The position numbers were made by a program, and so were the translations under genes. DNA of 64,000 bases from Lingula anatina (lineage: Eukaryota > Animalia > Brachiopoda), in NCBI GenBank assembly GCA_051362555.1, contig CM120646.1, positions 21,018,001 through 21,082,000 on the forward strand. The letters are read 5' to 3'. Under the pieces are notes generated by a model. The model saw nothing but the letters and a program-made list of their open reading frames with translations, was not told the DNA's origin and searched no databases. Each line of letters starts with the position of its first letter. The first letter of the stretch is position 1. This document shows positions 1 through 11,907 of this stretch, piece after piece.

Positions 1-1129
1 CTCCCTATCACAAACCTTTATAAATCTTATTTTATTTGAACAAATCATTTTTAAATGTAGTATGCATAACGGAGGAAATGTTGACACTTTTTGAAAATTT
101 TCATAAAGATATAAACAAATTAAGAAACAAATTTTCTCACCAAATAACTCCTATGAAAAGGCTATGGGAGTCATAATGCTACAGGTAGTAAGATAAATTA
201 TTCTTTCAAACATTATCAAAGTTCACCAAAAATGTCACCACCAAACTTTCAAATGTCAACGAAATATATATCTCACAATGCAAAACGTGTGAAAAACAAT
301 GCCATACTGACTTCATATAAAATAGTTCCCTTTCTTCATGACAGTCCAAATCCAATGTCTATGAATGTAAAAATTTTCCATTGTTTTTCTTTCATTTTGT
401 TTTTGCACCTAATATTTTACTACTAAACTATCAAATATTTCCAATATATTCTTTATAACATTTAGTAAAAGGACAAAAATTGAAATAATCACCACACAAA
501 TATCAAATGAAAGCCTTTTTCATAGTAGAGCCATTGAATAATGAAAAACACATTTTTCATTTTCTTATTTTCACATTAAAATTTTTACCTGCACACTAAC
601 AAAAAGAGCAAACATATCCTTCAATATGCATACTACAATATAAAAGTGATATATTCAAACAAAATAACAATTATTAAATTTTGTGGGAGAGACAAAATTT
701 CATGGGGAGAAATCACATTTTATTATGAAAATTTTACTGAGAAGTCGCATTTTAAGGGAATCAGATTTTCATGCTTCACCAGCCATTCTAAAAAGTTTTC
801 AACATATCTGTTATAATACAGAAGTAATAAATTTCTCAAACTCTTAAAGGAATAATAACTCTTCATTTTGACCAAAAAAATGAATTTTCCTTGAGTAAAC
901 AACAATTTTCCCACACTTACTAATGGTTAATAAATCAATTTTTACATTCAAAGTTACTCCTTGTTTCTCTTAGAGAAAATCTTAACAGTACTGCTATCAA
1001 CGGAGGTCAACATGTCTAAAGACAAGTTCAGATATTATGCAAATAAGTATAATGGCCGTTTTTGTAGTAAAACAGACTACATTTTACTTCAATGAGTTCT
1101 TCACAATGTTTTCATTGTAAATAAAAGAT

Positions 1130-3850
1130 TTCATACAAAGAGTTTTTATCCCTTTAACTCTTCCCTTCAATAGGATTTTACACACACTTACACATCACAA
1201 CTTTTACATCACACCAAAGCTAAGGCATTTCTCATACAAAACAGGTGTTGTACATATTATTTACCAACTTCAAATATAAATTTCATTGCATAATTTCCAG
1301 TATGGAAATATTTCTTTACAAAACTTCATCTTCACAAATAGAATGCCTATAACCATTGAAAATATTTTTCATATTTTTTTATAGTCAGAATTCCACAATT
1401 TTAAAATCCCATCCCTAATCAATGAGTTGTACATGATTTTTTTATTCTGAAATATAAATCTCATACAAAATGTTTTATCTCTTTAAGTCTTACCTTCAAT
1501 AACTGTTAACAAACAACTACACATAACAACCTTTCCATTACACCAAAGCAGAAAAAAATTGGATATAATATATACCAGCTTCATACTTAGAATTTCCAAA
1601 CTTAAAAATCCCATCCTTATTCATTAAAATACTACCTTTGTATCAAAAGCAATCAAAATATATTTCCTTCATTTGCTCACAATAATATAAATGGATAAAG
1701 TGAGCACATTTAATATAATTTAGTATACCAACACCTATTTACAAAACTTCCTTTCACAAATTAAATGCCTAAATTGAAAATATTTTTGAAATTTTATACT
1801 TAAAATTCCACTTCTTTATAATCTCATCTTTTGCATTTCCTATGATATTATAACAGACATGCTGAAACTCTTCATCCAATCACTCTGATTGAGAAATGTG
1901 TCTTGGCTGGTTAACAATTAAACTTGGTCAGTCCACAGAAATGACATTAATTTGAAGAATCGCCATTTTCAATTTACAGTCATCATTTTACATACTTCAC
2001 TAATAAAATAATATAAATCCCAAACTGCTTTTTCCCTTCCATTCAGACTTATCACATTCACAAACAAAGTAAGCTACCCTAATCATTCCAGTAATATCTG
2101 TTTCAAAGGAATAAATAGATTTTCAATTCAACAAAATCCATTCAGTCCAACAAATGTTCACACACACCTACACATCACAATCTTTACACCAAAGGAAAGG
2201 CATTTCTCATAAAAAACAAGTGTTGTACATATTATTTACAAACTTCAAATATAAATTTAATTACATAATTACCAGTATAGAAATATTTCTTTAAATAACT
2301 TCATTTCCACAAATAGAATGCCTATAACCATTGAATATATCTTTCATATTTTTTTATAGATAAAAATTCCACAACTTTAAAATCCCATCTCTGTTGCTTA
2401 AAATACTAACCTTATATAAAAAGAAATCAAATATATTTTCTTGGTTTTATCACATTGCTTAGATATATTTTAAATAAATAACGTGAGTACATTTAATGTA
2501 GTTTCATATTGCAGTACCTATATATATATATGTAAAGAATCATGTTTGTCCTTCATCTAATCACAGATAAAATAAACACATTTAAAATACAATATTAGTA
2601 ACATCACCATAATTGCAGGGATTAATCTTGGTATTCAAAGAAAATATTAAACTTACCCTAATATCTTCTTTTCTGCAAATTAGCTGTTATTTTCCTTCTA
2701 TAAGCTACCACAGTGAATCGTCCACAGAGTGTCCTCTTTGACTAACTTATACTGACATTGAGCCTACTTTTATACACTAAAAACAAAGGCATCCCTTATG
2801 ACCAATGAAATCCACTTTAATTATACTGCACACAATGTTATCAGTTTCATACATATGTAGAGTGTCAGGGAAAACTATATTCACAAAGACACTGCACATA
2901 TGTTTCTCTAGTTTGATATGAAAATTAAACTTTGAAATGTTTTACATAAGACACTATATGACAGTCATTTACAAACTTTATGCAAATAACATTTGACACA
3001 TTGCCATTAACTGTGTGATTGCATGATCCTGTTATACTGCACACAATGTTATCAGTTTCATACATATGTACAGTGTCAGGGAAAACTATGTCCACAAAAA
3101 CACTGAAGATATGTTTCTCTAATTTGATATGCAAATTACACTTTGAAATGTTTTAGATAAGACACAATATGACAGTCATTTATAAAATTTATGCAAAGAA
3201 CATTTGACACATTAATATTAATTGTGTGGTTGCATGATCCTGAGGCTGAGGTAAAAATTACTTAATTCTACTGAACATGAAACCAAATACATGCAGTCTC
3301 AACCTATTACATTTATTATACTTTTAGTTCAATTAAATCCTCTATTCACAATCATACTGCAACCCTAGATTTCATTATATATATATATCACACCTCCTTT
3401 TTCCCCTAACCCCATACATAAAACTTTCAAATGTTTCAGATAAGATACAATGTGGCAGTCATAATGACATTAATACCACAAACAACAACCATACTACCAT
3501 TGATTGTGTTCTTAGATAAAACACAATATGACAATCATTATAAAATTTATGCAAGGAACATCAGACACATTACCATTAACTGTAACTAAGGGTATATGCA
3601 TAACTTTTTCCGCATTTTTTCACTAAAATAGAGGCAATTTATTAAGAAAAAAAAACATTTTTTGTTGATTATGGAACATACAACAAGAAGTACTATTAAA
3701 TTTGCAAGCGAAACCAAATGTATGCAGATTCAACTTATTACATTCATTATAGTTTTAGGTCAATTAAGTCTTCTATTCACAATCATACTGAAAGCTTAAG
3801 GTTAATTATGACTATATTAAAGTTCATTTTTTCACTAACCTCATAAATGA
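1130..3850. repeat. AT-rich intronic region built from diverged internal duplications
   Basis: Block ~1180-1410 recurs at ~2160-2390 and partly at ~1510-1620. A ~211-bp tandem pair starts at 2821 and 3032 (ttatactgcacacaatgttatcagtttcatacatatgt). Block ~3280-3380 recurs at ~3710-3810. Confidence 0.7.
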
Positions 3851-3889
3851 ACTTTAATTAAATTAATCCGCACATAATGTTATTAATTG

Positions 3890-5540
3890 TACCACCAGCG
3901 TTAGCGCTGGCGGTACACATGGTTTCGGTCTCGTCCGGATCGTTCCGCCGGCTCCGCCGGCTCCGCCGGCTCCGCCGGACGGCTACCGTTACCGCTTCTC
4001 CTCCTAGACGGTAAGGCCCCCCATACCCATCTCATGGATTTAGGTCACCTATAATCTCAACTCGTTCCACGTAAAATTTGGGCTTTGTCGGTATTGGGGT
4101 CTGGGTGTGGCACTCATTGCAATGCACCCTTGTCCAAAAATGGCAAAATTAAATGCTAATTATCTACCCTACGGAAGGAGTTACGGGAAAATTTTCTACA
4201 GACGGCTTTCCAAAAGTCATATGTGTAGATTTCAAATATACCCTCGGATTTGACCTTTGACCTTTACTTCAAGGTCAAATGGGCCAAAATTTTCAAAAAA
4301 ATGAAATTTTTTACGAAAAAAAAATTTTTTGCCCTGTTATTCAGACACCACACAGACTTAACCAATAATATTATTGGAAAGTGTTACCCTTCAGGTCATC
4401 TTTCATCTCCGTGAATTTGGGGTCAATCGGTGCATTTTCACAGGAGTAGCGGCCATAAGATACCGAAACTGAAAACTGTCTCTTATTCGGGAACCGTTAA
4501 TGCTAGAGACCCATTCTTTTTTGCATTTTGTAGAGCATGTAAAGCCCAACACTGGAGGTGGTCTCGGTTTTTTTGTATTCCATACGGTTTTCGAGTTACG
4601 CTGTATCAAAAAGTACATATTGGTGGTGAAAGGAAAATGTACGGAAGCCCACTGGTGCCATATGTAGAAAAAAAAATTATCTCGAAATTTCGAGATACTA
4701 TTTTGAAATTTGAACAAAAAAATTTACCACCAGCGTTAGCGCTGGCGGTACACATGGTTTCGGTCCCGTCCGGTCCGTTCCGCCGGCTCCGCCGCCATGT
4801 TACCGTTACCGCTTCTCCTCCTAGACGGTAAGGGCCCCCGTACCCATCTCATGGATTTAGGTCACCTATAATCTCAACTCGTTCCACGTAAAATTTGGGC
4901 TTTGTCGGTATTGGGGTCTGGGTGTGGCACTCATTGCAATGCACCCTTGTCTAAAAATGGCAAAATTAAATGCTAATTATCTACCCTACAGAAGGAGTTA
5001 CGGGAAAAATTTCTATAGACGGCTTTCCAAAAGTCATATGTGTAGATTTCAAATATACCCTCGGATTTGACCTTTGACCTTTACTTCAAGGTCAAATGGG
5101 TCAAAATTTTCAAAAAAATGAAATTTTTTACGAAAAAAAATTTTTTTGCCCTGTTATTCAGACGCCACACAGACTTAACCAATAATATTATTGGAAAGTG
5201 TTACCCTTCAGGTCATCTTTCATCTCCGTGAATTTGGGGTCAATCGGTGCATTTTCACAGGAGTAGCGGCCATAAGATACCGAAACTGAAAACTGTCTCT
5301 AATTCGGGAACCGTTAATGCTAGAGACCCATTCTTTTTTGCATTTTGTAGAGCATGTAAAGCCCAACACTGGAGGTGGTCTCGGTTTTTTTGTATTCCAT
5401 ACGGTTTTCGAGTTACGCTGTATCAGAAAGTACATATTGGTGGTGAAAGGAAAATGTACGGAAGCCGACTGGTGCCATATGTAGAAAAAAAAATTATCTC
5501 GAAATTTCGAGATACTATTTTGAAATTTGAACAAAAAAAA
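3890..5540 (+). repeat. ~820-bp tandem duplication of the HINE 5' region
   Basis: Copy 1 3890-4724, copy 2 from 4725; near-identical ORFs 4403/5220 and 4430/5247 are offset by 817 bp. Confidence 0.93.
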
Positions 5541-5748
5541 TTTTTATCTCGAAATTTCGAGATAGCATTTTGAAATTTGAACAAAAAAAAAATTATCTCG
5601 AAATTTCGAGATAGCATTTTGATATTTGAGCAAAAAAATTTATCTCGAAATTTCGAGATAGTATTTTGAAATTTGAACAAAAAAAATGCTATCTCGAAAT
5701 TTCGAGATAATTTTTTTTTTCAACATATGGCACCAGTCGGCTTCCGTA
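5457..5748. mobile_element. MITE with TACGG..CCGTA termini and 6-bp TSD (IS3EU-like non-autonomous element)
   Basis: TIR tacggaagccgactggtgccatatgt / acatatggcaccagtcggcttccgta; TSD aaaatg at 5451-5456 and 5749-5754; five internal palindromes tatctcgaaatttcgagata. Superfamily assigned from recalled TAY..RTA termini and 6-bp TSD. Confidence 0.8.
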
Positions 5749-5994
5749 AAAATGTGCAGTACGGTAATGGATAATAAATTTTGAACTCCGGAAAAATAAA
5801 ACATAATGCTTGGCAAAGCAGACAACTTGTGGTCAAAAATGACATTATTTTATCAAATTTAAACTTCTGCAACTTCAGAGAACCTCCCATTTCAAGAACT
5901 TTGACCAAAATGACCTTTTCTTTATTTTAATTAATTTTTTCTGTAGGAAATTTATGGCACATTATGGTAACTCCAAAATTATAACATTTAGTCC

Positions 5995-7580
5995 CTTATA
6001 TCTCCAAAACTGGCAGAGATAGGTCCATAGTTACTATTGAAGTTGAATAGGAAGTCATATACTGGCAATCTTACTGTGACCTTGACATTGACCTTTGACC
6101 TACTTTTCACCATGAACTGAACTTTGCAAATTTTGCTTCCCTTTTATCTCCAAAACTGGCAGAGATAGGTCCATAGTTACTATTGAAGTTGAATAGGAAG
6201 TCATATACTGGCAATCTTACTGTGACCTTGAAATTGACCTTTGACCTACTTATCACCATGAACTGAACTTTGCAAATTTTGCTTCCCTTTTATCTCCAAA
6301 ACTGGCAGAGATAGGTCCATAGTTACTATTGAACTTGAATAGGAAGTCATATACTGGCAATTTTACTGTGACCTTGAAATTGACCTTTGACCTACTTTTC
6401 ACCTTGAACTGAACTTTGCAAAATTTGCTTCTCTTTTATCTCCAAAACTGGCAGAGATAGGTCCATAGTTACTATTGAACTTGCATAGGAAGTCATATAC
6501 TGGCAATTTTACTGTGACCTTGAAATTGACCTTTGACCTTCTTTTCACCATGAACTGAACTTTGCAAATTTTGCTTCCCTTTTATCTCCAAAACTGGCAG
6601 AGATAGGTCAATAGTTACTATTGAAGTTGAATAGGAAGTCATATACTGGCAATCTAAATGTGACCTTGAAATTGACCTTTGACCTACTTTTCACCATGAA
6701 CTGAACTTTGCAAATTTTGCTTCCCTTTTATCTCCAAAACTGGCAGAGATAGGTCCATAGTTACTATTGAAGTTGAATAGGAAGTCATATACTGGCAATC
6801 TTACTGTGACCTTGAAATTGACCTTTGACCTACTTTTCACCATGAACTGAACTTTGCAAATTTTGCTTCCCTTTTATCTCCAAAACTGGCAGAGATAGGT
6901 CCATAGTTACTATTGAACTTGAATAGGAAGTCATATACTGGCAATTTTACTGTGACCTTGAAATTGACCTTTGACCTACTTTTCACCTTGAACTGAACTT
7001 TGCAAAATTTGCTTCCCTTTTATCTCCAAAACTGGCAGAGATAGGTCCATAGTTACTATTGAACTTGCATAGGAAGTCATATACTGGCAATTTTACTGTG
7101 ACCTTGAAATTGACCTTTGACCTTCTTTTCACCATGAACTGAACTTTGCAAATTTTGCTTCCCTTTTATCTCCAAAACTGGCAGAGATAGGTCCATAGTT
7201 ACTATTGAAGTTGAATAGGAAGTCATATACTGGCAATCTAAATGTGACCTTGAAATTGACCTTTGACCTACTTTTCACCATGAACTGAACTTTGCAAATT
7301 TTGCTTCCCTTTTATCTCCAAAACTGGCAGAGATAGGTCCATAGTTACTATTGAAGTTGAATAGGAAGTCATATACTGGCAATCTTACTGTGACCTTGAA
7401 ATTGACCTTTGACCTACTTTTCACCATGAACTGAACTTTGCAAATTTTGCTTTCCTTTTATCTCCAAAACTGGCAGAGATAGGTCCATAGTTACTATTGA
7501 AGTTGGATAGGAAGTCATATACTGGCAATTTACTGTGACCTTGAAATTGACCTTTGACCTACCTTACAATGAACTTAACT
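5995..7580 (+). repeat. 146-bp tandem (satellite-like) array, ~11 copies
   Basis: tctccaaaactggcagagatagg recurs at 6001, 6147, 6293, ... 7315, 7461 (exact 146-bp period); contains tgaccttgaaattgacctttgacc motifs. Confidence 0.97.
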
Positions 7581-7816
7581 TTGATTGCACCATTTTTAGT
7601 TATATATATTTTTTGCATATTTTGAAAATTCTTGTTGATTGCATTTTTACAGCTTGTCAAGCACAAGACTGGTGGCTGCACCCCTTATTTTGTGTATGTG
7701 GGGGTCTATACGAATGCGCTTGCTCCAGCTGGTGGTACAATATTCGGAGGCGGTATCGCCTCTCTGATCCTCTAGTTATTATTATTATTATATAAATTAT
7801 AAATTGTGGTCCCTAG

Positions 7817-7933
7817 GAGAAGTTGATGACGAGAATGACATTTCTCAGGACAGAGACTGGTACGACTACTGGAGGCTCCTCTTTGCAAAGATTTCCGTCA
7901 GTGACATCAAACAATTTGAAGAGAACTATAAAG
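7817..7933 (+). CDS. DNAJC9: DnaJ homolog subfamily C member 9, internal exon (first exon visible in window; J-domain exon(s) lie upstream of the window)
   Basis: ccctag|GA GAA GTT... to ...TAT AAA G|gtaaat; translates (G)[38 protein letters not shown], matching the DWxxYWRLLFxKIsxxDIxxFExxYK segment I recognise from DNAJC9. Too short for the ORF track. Splice phase matches the next exon. Confidence 0.93.
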
Positions 7934-8453
7934 GTAAATGTGTCTTTTTCATGATCTTTTTCCAGTTGAAGTAGGTCTAAGCAGTGTTAAAAAAATATAC
8001 AGTAGTTGACCCTGGTGATGAGCCATTCCTTCTTATTTTTTGCTTACAATCCAAAATCACATCCGTGTAAAGTTCTGTCACTGTTTTAAATCAAATATAT
8101 ACAAAGCAACCATGTTACAAACAGGTTTCAGAAGTTTGGTTGAATTTTGATTTGTTCTTAAAGTACAGCACTAGTGCATTGTAGTATATACAGTATGTTA
8201 GATAGTATATTGTAGTTGGATTATTTTATGTTCTTAAAAGTTCCCATGTGAAATGTGTAGTGATTTATATAAAATAAAGTTTGGGAAAATTTTATAATTA
8301 AGTTAATAACCCTACACCTGTCATACAAACTTCAGCTTAACTCACATCTTTTCCACTTCCACACAATATTGTTTGTATCTCTGAAAGTTTGTGACTCAAA
8401 TTTTTACACAAGTTGCTCTCCATATACAGCTCTTAATTATAATATTATCACAG

Positions 8454-8665
8454 AATCTGAAGAGGAATTAAATGACCTGAAAGCAGCCTATGTGGATTAT
8501 GAAGGAGACATGGATGAAATAATAGACAGTGTTTTGTGTGCATCTGTTGAGGATGAACCACGCTTTAGAAACATTCTCACAGAGCTAATAAAAAGGAAAG
8601 AACTGCCAAGTTTTAAAAAGTTTGCAAAAGAGAGCCGTGCCAAAAAGGATGCCAGAAAAAGAAAG
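8454..8665 (+). CDS. DNAJC9: DNAJC9 penultimate coding exon
   Basis: cacag|AA TCT GAA... to ...AGA AAG|gtttgg; (E)SEEELNDLKAAYVDYEGDMDEIIDSVLCASVEDEPRFRNILTELIKRKELPSFKKFAKESRAKKDARKRK, a typical DNAJC9 middle region. Lies inside ORF 8369..8695. Confidence 0.94.
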
Positions 8666-9376
8666 GTTTGGATGTTTAATGTGATGAAAACTTAGTCTAG
8701 TTGTTGAATAGTTTGTATTCAAAAAGATTATGGGAATGGCATGCCAAAGAAAAGGAAAGATAAAATAGCTTTTAAACTTCATTGTAACTAGTTGTCTTCA
8801 TAAAGTGACCAGAAGATTGCATGCTGTCAGGTAAGATTATCAGTGTTAAAACTCGTGGAAGATGTGCACTGTATAAGCTTTAAAATCAAACTTAACCTGC
8901 TCAGTGTTTAAAGTAGGCGCAGTCTTCTGGTCTTCCAAATTCATTTTATAAATCAATTAAAGCAATTAACATTTTAAAAAAGTGTTGTCTGTTTGGGATA
9001 AAGGTGGGATTGAAATCAGGTGGGGTACTGGATGTTACATTTTGGAATAGAGGTAACAATATTTGGACTTGATCACAAGGCCAAGTTTGCCCGGGGTTGG
9101 TACAAGAGTCAGTTTAAATCAACCTTTATCTTAGTTTAAACCAGTTGGGTGAATCAAAACTTTCCCTTTGTTGTCATTTTGCGTGTGGGTGTGTTAACAC
9201 AGTCTTGAATTTGGTGTGTATGTACCTGCATATGTGTAGGTGTGTGTGGGTAAATACTGTCTTGTGTTTGATGTGTGTAGTTCCGTGTGTGTGTGTGTAG
9301 TTCCGTGTGTGTGTGTGTGTACATGCATGTGTGTTCCCACATAAACACTGCCTCATTGTTTCATTTTCCCTCCCAG

Positions 9377-9568
9377 GCGCAGGCAGAGGCCCAGGAGGCA
9401 GAGGAACTTGCCAGTGAACTGGGACTGGATAAGAACAACTCTCTGCAAGCATTGATTAAGAAGAACCAGCAGTCCAGGGAGGAGCAGATGGGCGGTTTTC
9501 TGGCCAGTTTGGAGGCCAAATATGCACAGCCCAAGTCAAAAACATCGAAAGGGAAGAAAGGGAAATGA
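9377..9568 (+). CDS. DNAJC9: DNAJC9 last coding exon (C-terminal histone-binding region)
   Basis: tcccag|GCG CAG GCA GAG... to TGA at 9566-9568; AQAEAQEAEELASELGLDKNNSLQALIKKNQQSREEQMGGFLASLEAKYAQPKSKTSKGKKGK*, with the DNAJC9 C-terminal FLxxLEAKY motif. Phase 0 matches the upstream donor. Confidence 0.94.
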   Translation, partial: AQAEAQEAEELASELGLDKNNSLQALIKKNQQSREEQMGGFLASLEAKYAQPKSKTSKGKKGK

Positions 9569-9589
9569 CTCCAGTCTGCAATTTCTTAT

Positions 9590-9591
<2 letters not shown>

Positions 9592-9632
<41 letters not shown>
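9592..9632 (+). repeat. poly(T) tract in DNAJC9 3' UTR
   Basis: ~41 consecutive T just after the stop codon. Confidence 0.9.
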
Positions 9633-10262
9633 CCTCAAAAGTCATGACCCAGAAAACAGGAAGCAATATGCAGTTTTACACTTTCTTACTATTTCATTGT
9701 ATTTTATAGGTTCTTGGAAGACATTCTTCCAAGCTGTTGCAACATTTCTCCAAGTATGAATCACTTTGTCATTCAGTATGGAACAGGTTACCAGAAGTAC
9801 TGTAGTAATGATTCAATCTTTTTAGTGAGGAAAATGACGAATTTTACAGATACTGTCTTTTTTGAAGTCATAAATTCTTACAATTAGAGCCTTCCTATTG
9901 AGTGGTAACCACTAAAGTGAAAAGCAGGCTACCTTATAGTTTCTATACAGTAAAAGTTGATGCTTTATAGAGATTACTTTTATGATTCAGAAATTATATT
10001 TCTGAAGTATTGATACATTTTCTACATTGAAAAGATCAAGTCATTACCGTAACAAACTCATCAAAATGAGATGCGATGGAAGAAAAGTGTGTATTTGGTA
10101 TTAATGACACATACTTAGATCAAGTTGTAAAAGATAACAAGTTTCAAGTGCTTAATGAAGTCAGACAACAAGACACAAAAACATTGTTACTTCTAGTTGG
10201 ATAAACTATTTTTATTTATCCTTTTTTTTTGCATGTTTTATATACTATTTTAATTCGAGTTA

Positions 10263-10268
10263 AATAAA
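10263..10268 (+). promoter_or_regulatory. candidate polyadenylation signal of DNAJC9
   Basis: AATAAA ~700 bp after the stop, followed by a T-rich tract; a second AATAAA lies at 10322-10327. Confidence 0.45.
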
Positions 10269-10879
10269 CAATGTTATTTTTTCACATACGTATTTGCATT
10301 GCCTTCTGTGCACTGAAAGTGAATAAAACTTGCGTGACATGAAAACCTGAAAATATTTTTTTTACAAATGTAAAGCAATCAAAGCACACAGAAAACCCAT
10401 TACTCTGCTAAGATGTCTCATTTCCCATAAATTACACTGTACTTCATTTATAAGTGCATTATTACCAATCAATTTAAAAGTGGCCCATTTTTGGCCTATG
10501 ATAAAATTTTGAGAATAATCTGCTTTCAACATTCTGAGTTTAAGGCTTTTAACTAACAAACCAACAAAAGTGTCCACGACCTTGGCAGTGCTTATTTATT
10601 GTAAAAAGAGCCCTCAAATAGCTGGGGATTTTTTTTTTCACTTAATCAGGTATCACTGATTAGTAGTGTAAGTTTAACTTTTAAAATGTAGGCCATCTGG
10701 GTCATGATGTGTTAATTTTATTCATAACATAAATATTTATTTTGAAAAATGTCTTGCATAGCAATGTACACAGAGTTAGGCAGAGAAATATCTAGTCACA
10801 CAAAATCTCTGTGGCCCTGGTGTGTGTAAGGCTAGACCCAACCTTCGGACCGTAAAAGAACTTCAACGGTGGCCTTCAT

Positions 10880-11089
10880 TAGCACCTGATACATTTAACC
10901 CATTTACAACAACTGGTACATCTAACGCATTCACAATGCCTGATACATGTAATACATTTACAACACCTGGTACATGTAATACATTCACAACACCTGGTAC
11001 ATCTAACGCATTCACAACACCTGGTACATCTAACGCATTCACAATACCTGGTACATCTAAGTCTAACACATTCACAACACCTGCTACAT
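10880..11089 (+). repeat. 27-bp minisatellite, ~7.5 copies
   Basis: caacacctggtacat(ct/gt)aa(cg/ta)cattca recurs at 10961, 10988, 11015...; explains the TFTTPGTxN ORF. Confidence 0.92.
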
Positions 11090-11276
11090 GAAAGGAAGAC
11101 CGCTTAATCCTGTAATGGTCTCTCTGCCTATCACACGGCTCCCCACGCGTCGTCCCTTGACCTGTTGAATTGAGCCGAGATTTAATTACTGTGCCCCTGC
11201 AGGAACGGCGCGTGGGGAAGCGTGTGAGAGGCGGAGAGACCATTACATAAGCTTAAGCGGTCTTCCTTTCATGTAG
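11084..11276. mobile_element. palindromic MITE/foldback element
   Basis: ctacatgaaaggaagaccgcttaa ... ttaagcggtcttcctttcatgtag (24 bp perfect); imperfect pairing continues ~70-80 bp inward; no clear TSD. Confidence 0.75.
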
Positions 11277-11830
11277 GTCCGCCATATTTAGGTTGTGGCC
11301 TAGCTAGCACTCAGCTCTTCTCATTCTGAATGGCCTCTTATTAGAGAGGCCCCAAATCTGATACAGTGTACACTGTTATATATGTATGTCACCGTTAGTT
11401 GGGCACAGGTCACAGTGACCTAGGTACAAAGGAACACGTACCAACCGACGTATACATGTGCACCTATTGCGTTCCTATAAAATGGAGTTTGCATAGGGCC
11501 TGACTGGCACTTTCACCTTCAACCCCCCTCCCCCCCCCCCCCCCCCGCCCCACCCTCTCCAAATAAAACAGCATATGTGTGGTTCCGCTATGATACTGGT
11601 GATGATGCCGTGCATGTAATGCATAACACAGGTGGCATGTTGTCAAAAGAAAATGCATCATATGGAATCTAATATATAATATTAAACTAGAATCCAATGT
11701 ATTGGATAGTAAGGTATACATGTAATTCACGTGCCAGGTGCCCCGTGTTTTTGCAAATTTCCATATCAGCTATATGAATAGATGTACATGTATTCTTCAT
11801 TTTTTCAGACTACAGAAGATTTATTTTTTC

Positions 11831-11831
<1 letters not shown>

Positions 11832-11904
<73 letters not shown>
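11832..11904. repeat. (TA)n microsatellite
   Basis: ~36 TA units; another (TA)n lies at ~14812-14860. Confidence 0.95.

Positions 11905-11907
<3 letters not shown>

Larger units (their letters stand above)
3886..7777 (+). mobile_element. non-autonomous Helentron/DINE-1-like (HINE) element with duplicated 5' part and central satellite
   Basis: 14-bp subterminal inverted repeats attgtaccaccagc (3886-3899) / gctggtggtacaat (7728-7741); 5' hairpin accaccagcg-ttag-cgctggcggt; ccggctccg microsatellite; 3' stem-loop gaggcggtatcgcctc (7747-7762); ends CTAG+TT. This is the established HINE architecture. Confidence 0.8.

Noticed and set aside
4403-5680. Duplicated 104-133 aa ORFs
   Set aside because: They lie inside the duplicated HINE/MITE, have no domain signature and run through palindromic repeats.
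5995-7580. 146-bp array as a CRISPR-like repeat-spacer array
   Set aside because: Whole units are near-identical with no unique spacers; eukaryotic context and no cas genes.
10822-11243. TFTTPGTxN mucin- or antifreeze-like repeat ORF and its antisense ORF
   Set aside because: By-product of a 27-bp minisatellite; no splice context or signal peptide.
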